Below, in pieces: positions 41,492-51,304 of a stretch of DNA of 64,000 nucleotides. Position 1 is the first letter of the stretch. The number at the start of each line of letters is the position of its first letter. The notes under the pieces were generated by a model. It was not told where the DNA came from, did no database searches, and saw only the letters and a program-made list of their open reading frames with translations. The stretch comes from an uncultured Clostridium sp. (GTDB lineage: Bacteria > Bacillota > Clostridia > Lachnospirales > Lachnospiraceae): the NCBI GenBank assembly GCA_964415625.1, contig CAYQBE010000004.1, positions 10,620 to 74,619 of the forward strand, in the 5' to 3' direction. Position numbers and translations under genes: made by a program.

Positions 41492-42423
41492 ATGCTGTTT
41501 ATGAATTGGCGCAAAAAGATAAAAACGTAGTAATCATGACCGCGGATAATGGAACAGATTTTGATAAGTGGTTTCAAAGGGAATTGACGGAACAGTATTT
41601 TGATATGGGAATATCGGAGTGTAACATGGTAAGCGCGGCAGCTGGGATGAGTACTTGTGAGAAAATTCCTTTTATACAGACTGCGGGTGCTTTTCTTGCA
41701 TATCGCACATTTGAATTTATAAGGAATGATATATGTCTGCAAAAAAAGAATGTAAAAATAATTGGAACAGGAAGCGGATTATCAATAAGTAATTTAGGAC
41801 CTACGCATCATACAACAGAGGATATTGGCGTTTTGAGGACATTGCCTGGTCTTTCCATATTATCTCCATGTTCTCCGATAGAAGTTTCTAAGTGTATTGA
41901 TGTTGCATATAAAACAGAAGGACCTGTTTATATCCGTTTGGGGATGAGTGGGGAAGAGGAGATATATACATCAGAATACGAATTTCAGGCAGGAAAATGT
42001 GTAGAAATATCTTCTGGTAAGGATACTGCAATATTTGTAACAGGAAGTATAATATCCGAAGCGCTGAAGGCGGCAGAAATGTTGAAGAAAGCAGGAATAA
42101 GTTTAAAAGTAATTAATATACATACGTTAAAGCCAATCCTGAGTGGAGAAATCATGGAATATGCGGCAGATATGCCGATCGTATTTACATTGGAAGAACA
42201 TAATATTTATGGAGGGTTTGGAAGTATTATTTTGGAATGTTTATGCGAAGAAGGATATCAGGGGAGGGTACAAAGACTGGGATTGAAAGATTGTTTCGCG
42301 GATGGGTATGGTTCTCTAAATGAATTGCGGAAAAAGAATGGCTTAGATAGTAATGCTATTGTAGAAATAATAAAAGAATCATTTGGCAGGATGAAAGATT
42401 CAGGAAGAAACTATTCTAAATAA
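41473..42423 (+). CDS. Transketolase-like, C-terminal subunit
   Basis: GISE.NMV, GPTHH..ED, GPVYIRL, EEH...GG.G. Confidence 0.92.
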   Translation: MQKAYLNAVYELAQKDKNVVIMTADNGTDFDKWFQRELTEQYFDMGISECNMVSAAAGMSTCEKIPFIQTAGAFLAYRTFEFIRNDICLQKKNVKIIGTGSGLSISNLGPTHHTTEDIGVLRTLPGLSILSPCSPIEVSKCIDVAYKTEGPVYIRLGMSGEEEIYTSEYEFQAGKCVEISSGKDTAIFVTGSIISEALKAAEMLKKAGISLKVINIHTLKPILSGEIMEYAADMPIVFTLEEHNIYGGFGSIILECLCEEGYQGRVQRLGLKDCFADGYGSLNELRKKNGLDSNAIVEIIKESFGRMKDSGRNYSK

Positions 42424-42427
42424 AAAT

Positions 42428-42510
42428 GGAATTACTATCTTTTCGGGGGCTGTAATTGCTTCGGGAACTGTTGTAGATAAACATATTGGGCCGTATGAAA
42501 TCCTGGGTCA
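42428..42510 (+). pseudogene. C-terminal remnant of a hexapeptide-repeat (LbH) acetyltransferase
   Basis: Reads GITIFSGAVIASGTVVDKHIGPYEILG, matching the G.TIG.GAVIGAGSVV.KD..PY.I.G consensus; no start. Confidence 0.6.
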
Positions 42511-42530
42511 CAAGGTTGGGAGAGGTATAA

Positions 42531-43643
42531 ATGCAAAAATATACATTTGTTACAAGATCTTCAATGCCATCATATGAGGAATATTGTGAAGCGATTCGAC
42601 CGCTATGGGATAGCCACTGGCTTACAAATATGGGAGTGTATCATCAGGAATTGGAGCAGGAATTAAAAAAATATTTGGACATTCCCGAGGTTTCCTTAAC
42701 AGTAAACGGACATATGGCATTGGAATTAGTTATCCAGTCCTTTGGCTTTCCAGAAAATGCTGAGGTTATTACCACACCGTTTACATTTATTTCAACAACC
42801 CATGCCATTGTACGTAATCATCTGCAACCAGTCTTTTGCGATGTGAAAAAGTCAGATGGTACAATTGATGAGACAAAAATAGAAGAACTGATAACGGAAA
42901 AGACAGTTGCGATTCTTCCAGTGCATGTATATGGGCATATTTGTAATGTGGAGGCTATACAAGAGATTGCGGAAAAATATGGGCTAAAAGTTATCTACGA
43001 TGCGGCACATGCATTTGGGGAAAAATATAAAGGAACTGGTGTCGCGAATTTTGGAGACGCATCTGTTTTTAGCTTTCATGCGACAAAGGTCTACAATACT
43101 ATTGAAGGTGGAGCTGTTGCGTCAAAGAATCGTGAAATTTATGAGAGATTATATGATTTAAAAAATTTTGGCATCCGCGGGGAAGAACTTGTAGTTTCCG
43201 TGGGCGCAAATGCTAAAATGAATGAATTTGCAGCAATCATGGGAATCTGCAATTTGAGGCATATAACCGAAACGATAAATGACAGGAAGCGAGTTTATGA
43301 AATATATATGAATGGAATAAGCAAGGTAAAGGGAATACAGTGTTTTGAAGTGGAAAAGGATACGCTACAGAATTATGCTTATTTTCCAATCATAGTTTCA
43401 GAAGAATATCCATTAGAAAGAGACGAATTATACAATCAATTGATACAACATGGGATATACGCAAGAAAATATTTCTTCCCATTAACAGCAGATCAGGCGT
43501 GTTTCAAGAATAAATACAGAAGTCTGTCATTGCCAGTCGCGCGTGATCTCGCTAAAAGAATGCTGGTGCTTCCGATCTTTGAAGGAATGGAAATGAAAGT
43601 ACAAGAGGAAATTTTAAAGGTGATAATAAGAGAGGATGGCTAA
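42531..43643 (+). CDS. DegT/DnrJ/EryC1/StrS NDP-sugar aminotransferase (VioA-like)
   Basis: PVHVYG, DAAHAFG, SFHATK...T.EGG, NAKMNE. Confidence 0.9.
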   Translation: MQKYTFVTRSSMPSYEEYCEAIRPLWDSHWLTNMGVYHQELEQELKKYLDIPEVSLTVNGHMALELVIQSFGFPENAEVITTPFTFISTTHAIVRNHLQPVFCDVKKSDGTIDETKIEELITEKTVAILPVHVYGHICNVEAIQEIAEKYGLKVIYDAAHAFGEKYKGTGVANFGDASVFSFHATKVYNTIEGGAVASKNREIYERLYDLKNFGIRGEELVVSVGANAKMNEFAAIMGICNLRHITETINDRKRVYEIYMNGISKVKGIQCFEVEKDTLQNYAYFPIIVSEEYPLERDELYNQLIQHGIYARKYFFPLTADQACFKNKYRSLSLPVARDLAKRMLVLPIFEGMEMKVQEEILKVIIREDG

Positions 43644-43831
43644 TGAAAATTGCGATTATGCAGCCATATTATGTGCCCTATATAGGATACTGGCAGTTAA
43701 TGAATGCGGTAGATAAATATGTCATATATGATGATGTAAATTATATCAAGTGTGGGTGGATTAATCGGAATAGAATTTTGATTAATGGAGAACCTGCATA
43801 TTTCCATCTTCCTATTATGGGAGCCAACTAG
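43643..43831 (+). pseudogene. Truncated WbqC-family gene
   Basis: MQPYY.PYIGYWQLM.AVD..W.NRNRI, paralog of 44623; ends where foreign sequence begins. Confidence 0.85.
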
Positions 43832-44260
43832 ACACTAAGTCGTGTCTGTAAGTCAGATATAAAAGAGGTATCGCCATTCTTAACGGATTTATTGAAATCC
43901 TTGATGACATTATTTGGATCACGAATGAGGTCCGAAAAGTACAATGATTTATTTTATTGCACAACAAACACACAGAGACAGATGTCGTTTCTCCTTTGGT
44001 TATTGGATAGATTATGATTTATATGAGGTACGAACGTATTTGCATATAGACAATAGCATTCAATTGTGAGTATTTCACGCAGCGTTATCGCCGACAACTT
44101 CGAAAAACAAAGCGGTACGATGTAGACAAATCTCCTCTAGGTGCTTTCAAGGCTACACGACAAAGCACGCAGGTACCGCAAAGCCCAGGCTCCTATGAGA
44201 GCGTTCGAAGACGCTAATGAAAGTGACGGGCTTAATAACGAGAAAACACAATCGGCGTAT
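43826..44260 (-). mobile_element. Probable internally deleted IS-like insertion remnant
   Basis: Breaks wbqC on one side and an HTH gene on the other; minus strand has an ORF tail ...FSDLIRDPNNVIKDFNKSVKNGDTSFISDLQTRLSV* ending at the junction and an orphan AAAGGAG. Confidence 0.4.
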
Positions 44261-44570
44261 CGTAGGACTCATTAGAGAAAAAGGGAAGAGAGAAAAGAAT
44301 CTTACGGATTATCTTGGATTATCACCGGGGGTCATGTCGAAATGGAAGTACGTCGGAAGCTATGTCTATATAAAATATATAGAAGAAATTTGTGAATTTC
44401 TTGATACTACACCGAATTATCTGTTTTTCGGATCGGAGGATGTGGAAGAACGCCTGTCACCTGCAGAAAAAGAAATAATCCGAGTATATCGAAGCCTTGA
44501 TGGCGGGAGAAAGAAATGTATTCAAGAAACACTAAGATATTTCAAAGAAAGCAGTAAAAAGAAAAAATGA
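44217..44570 (+). CDS. XRE-family HTH regulator, N-terminus probably replaced by inserted DNA
   Basis: LTDYLGLSPGVMSKWK...ICEFLDTTPNYLFFG, LS..EKEII..YR.L. Confidence 0.65.
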   Translation: MKVTGLITRKHNRRIVGLIREKGKREKNLTDYLGLSPGVMSKWKYVGSYVYIKYIEEICEFLDTTPNYLFFGSEDVEERLSPAEKEIIRVYRSLDGGRKKCIQETLRYFKESSKKKK

Positions 44571-44622
44571 GTGGTTGAAAACGGAATTGTCGAAAAAACA
44601 CTTTTATAGAGGAGATAAAATA

Positions 44623-45327
44623 GTGAAGGTTGGAATAATGCAACCATACTTTATTCCATATATAGGTTATTGGCAGTTAATGTCCGCAGTAGATAAATAC
44701 ATAATATATGATGATGTTAATTTTATAAAAGGTGGTTGGATAAATAGAAATCGAATTTTGGTTGAGGGAAAACCGAAGTTTTTTAATGTTCCATTGATAG
44801 GGGCAAGCTCGAATAAAAAAATAAATGAAATCTCAGTGAATCATGAAACTTTTATAATCAGAAAAGCTCTGAGAGTAATCGAAAGTGCATATAAAAAGGC
44901 TCCATTCTATGAAGCTATAAAACCAATTATTACAGAAATATTAGAATGTAAAGAGAATAATCTGGCTAGATATATAGGATACTCTTTTGAAGTTATTTGT
45001 GATTATTTAAAAATCACTACAGAATTAATATATTCTTCTTCATTACCTAAAGATAATGAATTAAGGGGGCAAGATAAGGTTATTGCAATATGTAATTTAT
45101 TGGGAGCTACGGAGTATTATAACGCTGTTGGCGGAAGAAAACTATATTCTTATTCAGATTTTGAGAAAAAAGGGATTAAATTGAAGTTTTTAAATACAAA
45201 AAATATTATATATCAGCAATTTGATAATGATTTTCAAGCAAACCTTTCAATAATAGATTTGTTAATGTTTAATTCAAAAGAGAAAGTATATAGAATGCTA
45301 AAAGAATATAACTTGATAGAAAAATAG
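44623..45327 (+). CDS. WbqC-family protein (full length)
   Basis: MQPYFIPYIGY, YDDVNF, WINRNRI, Y.KAP.Y, LSIIDLLM; AGGAG before GTG 44623. Confidence 0.88.
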   Translation: MKVGIMQPYFIPYIGYWQLMSAVDKYIIYDDVNFIKGGWINRNRILVEGKPKFFNVPLIGASSNKKINEISVNHETFIIRKALRVIESAYKKAPFYEAIKPIITEILECKENNLARYIGYSFEVICDYLKITTELIYSSSLPKDNELRGQDKVIAICNLLGATEYYNAVGGRKLYSYSDFEKKGIKLKFLNTKNIIYQQFDNDFQANLSIIDLLMFNSKEKVYRMLKEYNLIEK

Positions 45328-45355
45328 AAAAAATTGGGGTTAAATTTCTCCGGGT

Positions 45356-45964
45356 TTAATTCCCCGTAGCTTACTGCGTAAGAAACTTTTTTAGAAAGTA
45401 AAAAAATGGTACAAAAGTAAAAAAGGAAAGGAGAAAGTTGTGGATAAGTGAGTATAAGCACAAATCGCACAATGTGTCAGTACTAATGTATCATTTTGTA
45501 TGTCTGTCTAAATATAGAAGAGTAGTAATAGATGAAGAAGTGGATCAAGTGATAAAAGAAACATGTGAAGAAATAAAAAAGAGGTATGAAATAGATTTTT
45601 TGGAGATCGGAACAGATAAGGATCATGTGCATTTTTTAGTACAATCAGTGCCGACGTATAGTCCAAAGAAAATAATCCAGACAATAAAAAGTATAACAGC
45701 AAGAGAAGTGTTAAAAAGATGCCCACAAGTAAAGGAAAAATTGTGGGGAAGAGAATTTTGGACAGATGGAGATTATGTGGCAACAGTAGGAGAACATGGA
45801 AATGAAGAAATCATAGGAAATTATGTAAAAAATCAAGGAAAAGAAAATGAGTATAAGAAACTATATAAAAAAGAACGGGGGGCAAAACAGTATAGCATAT
45901 TTGACTATATGTAGCGGGGTAACCTCTCTCAATACCCCGCAGCTAGCTACGGAGGCGTTTATTG
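45356..45964 (+). mobile_element. IS200/IS605-family element (tnpA only)
   Basis: Related subterminal hairpins AATTCCCCGTAGCTTACTGCG and AATACCCCGCAGCTAGCTACGG flank a Y1 transposase; ends approximate. Confidence 0.8.
45438..45914 (+). CDS. tnpA: IS200/IS605 Y1 transposase
   Basis: YHFV...KYRR, DHVH (HUH), KLW..FW..G.YV.TVG, YVKNQ. Confidence 0.92.
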   Translation: MWISEYKHKSHNVSVLMYHFVCLSKYRRVVIDEEVDQVIKETCEEIKKRYEIDFLEIGTDKDHVHFLVQSVPTYSPKKIIQTIKSITAREVLKRCPQVKEKLWGREFWTDGDYVATVGEHGNEEIIGNYVKNQGKENEYKKLYKKERGAKQYSIFDYM

Positions 45965-46068
45965 TGGGAATGAAACATAATGCGTTATAGCTGATGAAAA
46001 AATGCCAAGAAACCACTGTATGATTAAGTGGTTCATGCATGCTAAGTAAATTAAGTAGGTAAAAAAAT

Positions 46069-47370
46069 ATGGAAATTAGTATTTTGATGGTGACATATAA
46101 TCATGAAACATTTATCAGACAAGCATTGGATAGCGTATTGGCGCAACAGATTAGTGTACCGTATGAAATCCTTATTATGGACGATGCGTCAACAGATAAT
46201 ACTGCTCAAATATTAAAGGAATATAAAGCAAAACACAATCAAATAATAACTTTATATTTGCGGAAAAAAAACAGTTGCCATCCCACAAAAAACGGATATT
46301 TTCTGATGTCTAAGGCAAAAGGAAGATATATTGCATTTATTGAAGGGGACGATTATTGGACTGATTCGTTAAAAATACAGAAGCAGTATGATTTCCTGGA
46401 GAAAAATAATAAATATTCGTCATGCGTTACAAGTGTGGTAGTAGTAGATGAAAACAATAATGAAATTTCTGGTCTGAATTTTTATGAGAAAAAGAAGGAT
46501 AAAGTTTATACCGTTCAAGATCTTCGGTATATAAGAACAGCAGGGATGACAGGGACGCTTTTCATGCGAAATTATTTTAAAGAGCAGGATTGTACTATTT
46601 TGTATAAAGCATCACCTATTATGGGGGACATAACAACCTTTATGCTTTGTGTTTTGAAAGACCCTATTTATCAGATGGATGAAATAATGGCTGCATATAG
46701 ATATGTATGTATTTCCGGAGAAAATAACTTTAATTCCATACAGAAGGAAAACATCTATAAGGATTATCTGATTGTGCAGTATTGGATCAAACTTGAAAAC
46801 TATATGAAACATCATTATAGCAAGGATTTTGAAATATTACCCATCAAGGAAGCATTAAAGATGTTCTGGACACGGTATTCTTTGAGAGCAATGCTGCATT
46901 TGATTGCACAGTCTGAAAACTGGAAAAAATATTTTTTGTTTCAGATAGCTTATCATTATTTGATAGACAGTGAATTTATATTGAAGGACTCTGCAGCGAA
47001 AAAAAGAAGCTGTAAAAACAGATGGAGAGCTTACATATTGGACAGAAGGCCGGTTATTCTTTTTGGGGCAGGTGCTGTGGCAAAAGAATATATTGACAAA
47101 TATGGATGGCAGGGAAATATCCTTTTTATAGTAGATAATGATATCAGGAAACAGAATAAGTCTTTCCGGGGATTTCTGGTAAAAAATCCGGAAGAAATTT
47201 TAAAATATAAAAATATTAAAGTATTAATTACATGCAAAAAGTATGAAGAACAGATAGAAATTCAGCTTCAAAATATGGGAGTGAGTCGCTATTATTGTTA
47301 TTGTTCTATGCAGTCAGGTAGACTGAAAAATATAACAGCTAATATAATATTTCAGAAATATGGAGATTAG
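46069..47370 (+). CDS. GT2 glycosyltransferase with C-terminal Rossmann-like module
   Basis: TYNHE.FI, DDASTD, EGDDYW, KIQKQ; VILFGAG..VDND. Confidence 0.88.
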   Translation: MEISILMVTYNHETFIRQALDSVLAQQISVPYEILIMDDASTDNTAQILKEYKAKHNQIITLYLRKKNSCHPTKNGYFLMSKAKGRYIAFIEGDDYWTDSLKIQKQYDFLEKNNKYSSCVTSVVVVDENNNEISGLNFYEKKKDKVYTVQDLRYIRTAGMTGTLFMRNYFKEQDCTILYKASPIMGDITTFMLCVLKDPIYQMDEIMAAYRYVCISGENNFNSIQKENIYKDYLIVQYWIKLENYMKHHYSKDFEILPIKEALKMFWTRYSLRAMLHLIAQSENWKKYFLFQIAYHYLIDSEFILKDSAAKKRSCKNRWRAYILDRRPVILFGAGAVAKEYIDKYGWQGNILFIVDNDIRKQNKSFRGFLVKNPEEILKYKNIKVLITCKKYEEQIEIQLQNMGVSRYYCYCSMQSGRLKNITANIIFQKYGD

Positions 47371-47374
47371 GCGG

Positions 47375-47835
47375 ATGATGGAGATTGGTCTGCGGTTTAA
47401 TGCCGGGGTGGAATACAAGGGAAAGATTTATGTGTCTAGTGTGAGAATAAATGGATTATTTGAAGTAGATCTGGTAACAGAAAAATAAGATATGTCCTAT
47501 GATGAAGAACGTATTTTTGAACAAATTGCTATTTATAAAGAAAAAATTTTTTTATTACCCTATCAGGCAGATAGAATACTTGCTTTTGATATTAAAACAA
47601 GAGCCTTTTCGGAGATGTTTCTGCCAGAGAGGATATACTGGAAAATGGAAAAAATGGATTTACAAAGATATATTCAGAAAAATATATAGTATGCGCATCA
47701 TTTAGTAAGAGAGATATGTGATTATACTGATGGATTTTATGGCGAGGATAATTTAGGACTTGAAAATTATATTAAACTTGTACCAGTCAATTAGCGCAGA
47801 AATAGAGGCTTAATAGAAGCGAAAAAAATGTTGGC
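47375..47835 (+). pseudogene. Internally deleted, frameshifted copy of the 50105..51304 gene
   Basis: Three collinear blocks match about 50105-50220, 50795-51005 and 51137-51265. Confidence 0.85.
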
Positions 47836-47992
47836 GATTGATTATATGGATACCAAGGGCTACAAGCTGGATTTTTGCAATTATATTAATGCTATATGGA
47901 AACGGATGTAATAGATAAATACTTCTAAAAAATTATGAATTATAGATATGAGTGATGAAGTATGGATGGTGAAGGGAAAGAGGTAATTAGCA

Positions 47993-49135
47993 ATGGATTT
48001 GGCAATTTATGGTGCTGGGAAATGTGGGGAATATGTGCTGGATGAAATTAGATCAGATAAGCATAATGAAATACAGTGTACGCTTTTTATAGATAATAAT
48101 CCTGATTATTCCGGTAAATCAATGAAAGACATTCCAATTGTCAATGTAGAGTACTTTTTGAGGAAAAAGCAGGCGGATGCTGTTTTAGTGGCAGTTTCTA
48201 ATATATTTGCGGCACAGGAGATGGTTCTTTCTTTATTAAAGGGAGATTTTGAAAATATATATGTAGTACCGCAAAACCTGTTAAATGGGAAATTCCCGGT
48301 TTTGGATAAACAGGGGGGGCTTGCGTCATATATTCAGAGATATGATAGATGTAAGCCGGTATTGCCATATGTGGAATATCATGTATCGGATTTGTGCAAT
48401 TTAAATTGTAAAGGCTGCGGTCATTTTTCAAATATTTCTTGTACAACGCAATTTCCGGATATAGATAACTTTAAAGAAAGTTTGAAAGGTTGTTCGCAAA
48501 AGTTTGAGGATATAGCTTTATTTCGATTAATGGGCGGAGAACCATTTGTTAATCCTGATTTGGATTTGTATATCAGGGCAGTAAGAAATTTTTTCCCATA
48601 TTCAGTGATGAGGATTGTTACAAATGGGCTATTATTGCCATATGTGAGTGGGAAAATTTTAGAGGCGATACGTGAATGCGGTGTGTTAGTAGAGATAACC
48701 CAGTATCCTGTTACAAGAGACATTCTTGATATATTGTTAGAAACTACGAAAAAGTGGCATATAAAAACTTGTATTGGAAAACCAGTTACAAAGTTTTTTA
48801 AACAAATATGTTTGAATAAAAATAGTGATTACAATATGTCATGGAAAAAATGTGCCAGTAAGACATGTCATTTTCTTAGAAATGGAAGAATATATCCTTG
48901 CGCAATAGTTCTGGGATTTGAAAATAGGGAATTCTTAGAATTGAATATATCAGAGCATACAGTAAATAGCAACTCATTTGATTTGATAGGAGGAAAGGAA
49001 GATGGTTGGAGAATCTTACTCAAACTGACAGAGCCAACAGAGCTTTGCAAATACTGCAGCACAGATGTGGAATGGTTTGATTGGTCGGTATCTGGAAGGA
49101 ATGTTAAAAAAGAAGATTGGATTATAGAAAAATAG
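47993..49135 (+). CDS. Radical SAM protein 3 with N-terminal Rossmann-like module
   Basis: CNLNCKGC, GGEPF, VTNG, C-terminal CKYC; LAIYGAG..IDNN. Confidence 0.85.
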   Translation: MDLAIYGAGKCGEYVLDEIRSDKHNEIQCTLFIDNNPDYSGKSMKDIPIVNVEYFLRKKQADAVLVAVSNIFAAQEMVLSLLKGDFENIYVVPQNLLNGKFPVLDKQGGLASYIQRYDRCKPVLPYVEYHVSDLCNLNCKGCGHFSNISCTTQFPDIDNFKESLKGCSQKFEDIALFRLMGGEPFVNPDLDLYIRAVRNFFPYSVMRIVTNGLLLPYVSGKILEAIRECGVLVEITQYPVTRDILDILLETTKKWHIKTCIGKPVTKFFKQICLNKNSDYNMSWKKCASKTCHFLRNGRIYPCAIVLGFENREFLELNISEHTVNSNSFDLIGGKEDGWRILLKLTEPTELCKYCSTDVEWFDWSVSGRNVKKEDWIIEK

Positions 49136-49175
49136 TATAGACATAAGAATCGAAAACTGGAGATTAATTGGTAAG

Positions 49176-49344
49176 ATGAGGGTGAACTTTTATGCAAGTG
49201 TGAAATATGGCAATAAAGTTTTTTCCTCTGGATATGACTGGCTGACTGGATTGTTTTCCATAAATATAGAAGATGGAGAAGTGAAATTCTTAAAGCTGTT
49301 TGAAAAGGAAGTAAAAACCCCTCTTATTTATGACTATGTTAAAT
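49176..49344 (+). pseudogene. Gene fragment interrupted by the IS21-type element
   Basis: N-terminus (GLFSINIEDGEVKFLKLF) resembles the start of the 50105 protein; frame closes soon after the insertion site. Confidence 0.5.
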
Positions 49345-49614
49345 TGAATAATCCAGATGGTTTTGAACCACTTGTCCGGCGAAAGTGAGCCACCATTCCA
49401 GTAGGTGTGAGCCACCTATATTTTGCTTTAGATTAGGCTATCAGATATGGTATCGTTTATCAAGACCAAGCCGCATTGCGGTGCCTACGGCAGTCTTGAC
49501 AATCGCTGCCACATCCGACCATCTTTAACCAAGCAAAACAGAAGTGGATCTATGCCATCGGTAGACTGGCTCAGTGAACATCGGACAGGCGGCTCCGCCG
49601 CACCGGAATATTCA
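49345..49614. mobile_element. 270-bp non-autonomous IS21-family-like element
   Basis: TG...CA ends (TGAATAATCCAG / CCGGAATATTCA), multiple subterminal TCC.G.....GAGCCAC repeats, 5-bp TAAAT duplication at 49340-49344 and 49615-49619. Confidence 0.75.
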
Positions 49615-49811
49615 TAAATTTCTGATTAATCTGTTATTCAAAATTGTAATGATAAATTCAAAATGAATTGCTATTTGAATGAAACTGGCTCCTTGACTCT
49701 GAAGACATTTTGATGTGGTTAGAAGGAAAGCAAGCTGAAAAAAATGGGCAAGGAATCACTATATGATTAAGGGGTTCATGCATACTAAGTAAATTAAGCA
49801 GGTAAAAAAAT

Positions 49812-50100
49812 ATGGAAATCAGTATTTTGATAGTGACATATAATCATGAAAAACTTATCAGACAGGCATTGGACAGTGTATTGGCGCAACAGATTAGTGT
49901 ACCGTATGAAATCCTTATTGTGGACGATGCGTCAACAGAAAAATATTAAAGTATTAATTACATGAAAAAAGTATGAAGAACAGATAGAAATTCAGCTTCA
50001 AAATATGGGAGTGAGTCGTTATTATTGTTATTGCTCTATGCAGTCAGGCAGACTGAAAAATATAATAGCTAATATAATATTTCAGAAATACGGAGATTAG
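49812..50100 (+). pseudogene. Internally deleted copy of the 46069..47370 GT2 gene
   Basis: Matches 46069-46197 joined to 47210-47370; upstream 50 bp also duplicated. Confidence 0.9.
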
Positions 50101-50104
50101 GCGA

Positions 50105-51304
50105 ATGAAGGAGATAGGTCTGTGGTTTAATGCCGGGGTGGAATACCAGGGAAAGGTTTATGCATCTGCTGTGAGAATAAATGGATTATTTGAAGTAGAT
50201 CTGGTAACAGAAAAAATAAAATATATCAAAAGATTTTCCAGAGAAGAATCATGTCTTGCAATACATAGATGCGCCTTTCTGTATGGAAAAGAGGCATGGT
50301 TTATACCACAGAATGGTACGTATATTGCTGTTGTAAAGCTAGACACATTGGAGATAATATATTTGGATCCACCCTATAAAAGGATAAATGAAAATGCCCT
50401 CTTAGCAAAAAACGCAGTCTATTACTCAGGAAATATTATAGGAGGAAGATATCTGTATTTAATACCTGTAAATATTGATGCATTGCTGATAGTTGACATG
50501 AAGACAAAACAAATGTATCCATATTATAATGTGTCAACTCCGGATGATTATCACTTATTTGGGGGCTATGAGAATGGATGTGTTTATTTATTTCCATACA
50601 ATGGAAAAGAAATCATCGAAGTAAATCTTTCGACAGGTATAAAAAGAAAAATGACATGGAAATATGGGGTTTATAACTATGCGGAGGGAATCAAGTATGG
50701 TAATAAATACTTGATTTGTCCCTTTGAAGCAGACCATATACTGATATTGGATATGGAGACAGGAGAAAACAAGCGTGTACCTTTGGGCAAATACTATGAT
50801 GAAGAGTGTACTTTTGGACAAATTGCTATTTATAAAGATAAAATTTTCTTATTACCCTGTCAGGCAGATAGAATACTTATTTTTGATATTAAAACAAGAG
50901 CCTTTTCGGAAATATGTCTGCCAGAGGATATAATGGTAAATGGAAAAATTGGATTAACAAAGATATATTCAGAAAAACATATAATATGCGCGTCATTTAG
51001 TAAGAATGTCATGATACTGTATGATGCACAAAGCGAAGGTTTTCGAACAATAAAACTTAGTATAGGTATAGAGGAACTAATAAAAGATATAGAACAGGAA
51101 CTAGGGAAAAGTTTTTGGAGGGAGGGAAATTTTTTCAGAGAGATATGTGGTTATTCTGATGGATTTTATAGCGAGGATGATTTAGGGCTTGAAAATTATA
51201 TTAAACTTGTACCAGCCGATCAAAACGGAAAGAAAGGCTTAATAGAAGCAGAGAGAAATATTGGCAAAAGCATTTTTAATTCAATACAAATAACGTACAG
51301 ATGA
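50105..51304 (+). CDS. Hypothetical protein, probable beta-propeller
   Basis: Repeated (I/L)(Y/F)L.P....I...D..T blades; no signal peptide. Confidence 0.7.
   Translation: MKEIGLWFNAGVEYQGKVYASAVRINGLFEVDLVTEKIKYIKRFSREESCLAIHRCAFLYGKEAWFIPQNGTYIAVVKLDTLEIIYLDPPYKRINENALLAKNAVYYSGNIIGGRYLYLIPVNIDALLIVDMKTKQMYPYYNVSTPDDYHLFGGYENGCVYLFPYNGKEIIEVNLSTGIKRKMTWKYGVYNYAEGIKYGNKYLICPFEADHILILDMETGENKRVPLGKYYDEECTFGQIAIYKDKIFLLPCQADRILIFDIKTRAFSEICLPEDIMVNGKIGLTKIYSEKHIICASFSKNVMILYDAQSEGFRTIKLSIGIEELIKDIEQELGKSFWREGNFFREICGYSDGFYSEDDLGLENYIKLVPADQNGKKGLIEAERNIGKSIFNSIQITYR

Noticed and set aside
45914-46069. tnpB/omega-RNA next to IS200 tnpA
   Set aside because: The right hairpin follows tnpA directly; no RuvC ORF
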